From positions 14,136,001 to 14,200,000 of the forward strand of contig JBHGNT010000002.1 in assembly GCA_043228905.1 (NCBI GenBank): 64,000 bases of DNA. Direction: 5' to 3'. A program made the position numbers and the translations under genes. The DNA is from Azolla caroliniana. Taxonomy: Eukaryota > Plantae > Polypodiophyta. The notes under the pieces are model-generated. The model ran no database searches and was not told where the DNA came from. It saw only the letters and a program-made list of their open reading frames with translations. Below, piece by piece: positions 62,167 through 64,000 of the stretch (the stretch's first letter is position 1; each line of letters starts with the position of its first letter).

Positions 62167-63620
62167 ATGGCGATGGGGACGTCGATCGGGTTGGTAAGGA
62201 TGTGCACCTTACCCCAAGGTGCAACGAACTCCATAGCCCACATGGTAAATGCCATGAACAAAGTATTGGGGGATTGTATTCCTCATATCACAATGCATTT
62301 CTTGGATGACATTCCGATCAAAGGATGCTTGGTGGAAGAGGAAGATGAATTGAAAGATGAAGACGGTTGTCGAAGATTCATCGTCAATCATATAAAGGAT
62401 AGTGAGAGGGTGTTACAAAGACTCGAGGATGCAAAGCTCACGTTTCCAAGAGAGAAGTCCACATTCGGTCAACCAAAAGTATTGGTAGTAGGACACTTAT
62501 GTGGATCTTATGGTTGGAAGACATCTCCATCCAAGGTGAACGCTATCCAAGAGATGAATGAGGAGTGTGAGTCCCAAATAGAGCTGAGAAGATTCTTGGG
62601 AGCATGTGCATTCTGTCACATATGCATTCTGCACTCTGCCCATGTTGCTGAACCATTGTATCGCTACTAAAGAAAAGAAAAAAGTTTGAATGGAAAGAAA
62701 ACCATACATACATAGTCCAAATGTTGAAGAAACCATTGTTGGAAGCTCCATCATTGCGCAAAGCTGACTACACCGAAGGTACCCTAATATATGTGATAGT
62801 GGACAAGAGCCTAACTGGTATTGGATGGTTGATTAACCAAGAAGACAAAGACAAAAATTGGTATGCAATTCCGATTCAGTGCGAAGGTGTTAACCGAAAG
62901 ACAAAGAAAGTACACCGAAGTAAAGAGAGAGCTAGAGGGGATAGTATCTGCAGTTTAAACCAATCGTGACTACCTCATCGGGATAGAATTCATAATCAAA
63001 ATTGATTGTCTACCTATTCTCAGGATTATATCTAGTTGTGCAACACCAGATATTGCTATGCTACCATGGATTTCTTATATCAAGTCACTCAACTTGGAGA
63101 TTTGACATATAACCAGGAAGCATAATCTAGTGCCCGGCATGTTGTCAAAGGCAAGGTACGAGGGTGAAGAAAATTCGCACTCCGACAAAGAGGATGTTGG
63201 CCTAAAATTCTTTATGATTTCTTGTGCTCGAGTGGTAGCGGTGTTTAAAGTAGAAGGTTATGAGGGTGAATTCATCGAAATTGGCAAGTACTTGAGCTCT
63301 CTTACAAAGGATGAATCATGGTCAAAGGAGGCCAACAAGTTCTTCTTCAAAGAAGGACATCTATGGAAGTTTCCAAAGAGGAAGAATGGAACTCCACTTC
63401 GAGTGGTGTGCATGAAACAAGATCAACAAACACTAATTGTTGAATTTCATGATAGTGTGTGGTTAGGTCATCGAGGTATATGGGCAACTTTTGCAAAGCT
63501 AAAGGACAAGTATTAGTGACCGGGTGTTTACGAAGACGTAGCAAGCTATGTTGAAACATGTGCACAATGCCAATTTTACTCAAATGGTCAACATAGGAAT
63601 GGACTTCATCCAACATATCT
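62167..63620 (+). pseudogene. Gypsy pol fragment (RT-RH-INT zinc finger) of a distinct lineage
   Basis: MCTLPQGATNSIAHM...FLDDIPIKG; LRRFLGAC; EFHDSVWLGHRGIWATFAKLK. Confidence 0.88.
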
Positions 63621-63702
63621 ATTGGGGACAAGGCCGTCAATGCAGAAGTGCAAGCAACATTCGTGATGAAGAAGAACCTGTGTATGCGCATACGCAAGAT
63701 AG

Positions 63703-63706
<4 letters not shown>

Positions 63707-63761
<55 letters not shown>
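63707..63761. repeat. (GA)n microsatellite in an LTR-like region
   Basis: Read directly from the sequence. Confidence 0.95.
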
Positions 63762-63765
<4 letters not shown>

Positions 63766-64000
63766 GGCACAAAAGAAAACGTTATATTCCAATTGCAACA
63801 GTTACAAAGAATGATGTTGAGAATCAAGCTCAACTTGGTCCAGTGTATGAGCTCACCTTGAGAGTGAATAGACAGTCCAAGGGTCAAGAGTCACCACTTT
63901 GTATTCTAGCATTTAGTATGAGTCATAGAATCATATTCTATGACACATAACTTATGAGCTTTCACATTCCCCATGCTCCATGAGTTTTGTAGTTAATGAA

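Noticed and set aside
61558-63950. ORFs with VCVC, HTHT, ERER or SLSL runs
   Set aside because: They are translations of (GT)n and (GA)n microsatellites.

Overview
This is 64 kb of gene-free, eukaryotic, plant-type repetitive DNA. The element families look bryophyte-like, but the species cannot be determined from sequence alone. It consists almost entirely of nested, degenerate transposable elements: several Ty1/copia copies, Tf1/sushi(Tcn1)-like chromoviruses, a non-chromovirus Ty3/gypsy family with an extra 3' ORF (five pieces), two more gypsy fragments, a 5'-truncated L1-type LINE, two solo LTRs with target-site duplications (TSDs), and a TIR DNA element holding a palindrome array. Most ORFs are broken by stops and frameshifts, many consistent with CpG/CHG decay. 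The strongest novel signal is in the extra-ORF gypsy family. At both visible 3' LTRs the polypurine tract (PPT) is replaced by a copy of a tRNA-Arg 3' end (TCCCAC[G/A]GGCGTGCCA, then GG, then the LTR TG). This is an inverted primer-binding site (PBS) complementary to the family's normal PBS, and it suggests tRNA-primed plus-strand synthesis or RNA end-pairing. Two other notable signals are a Tf1-style self-priming signature and tRNA-like A/B boxes in the chromovirus LTR. Clade names and tRNA identities come from motif recall, not database searches.
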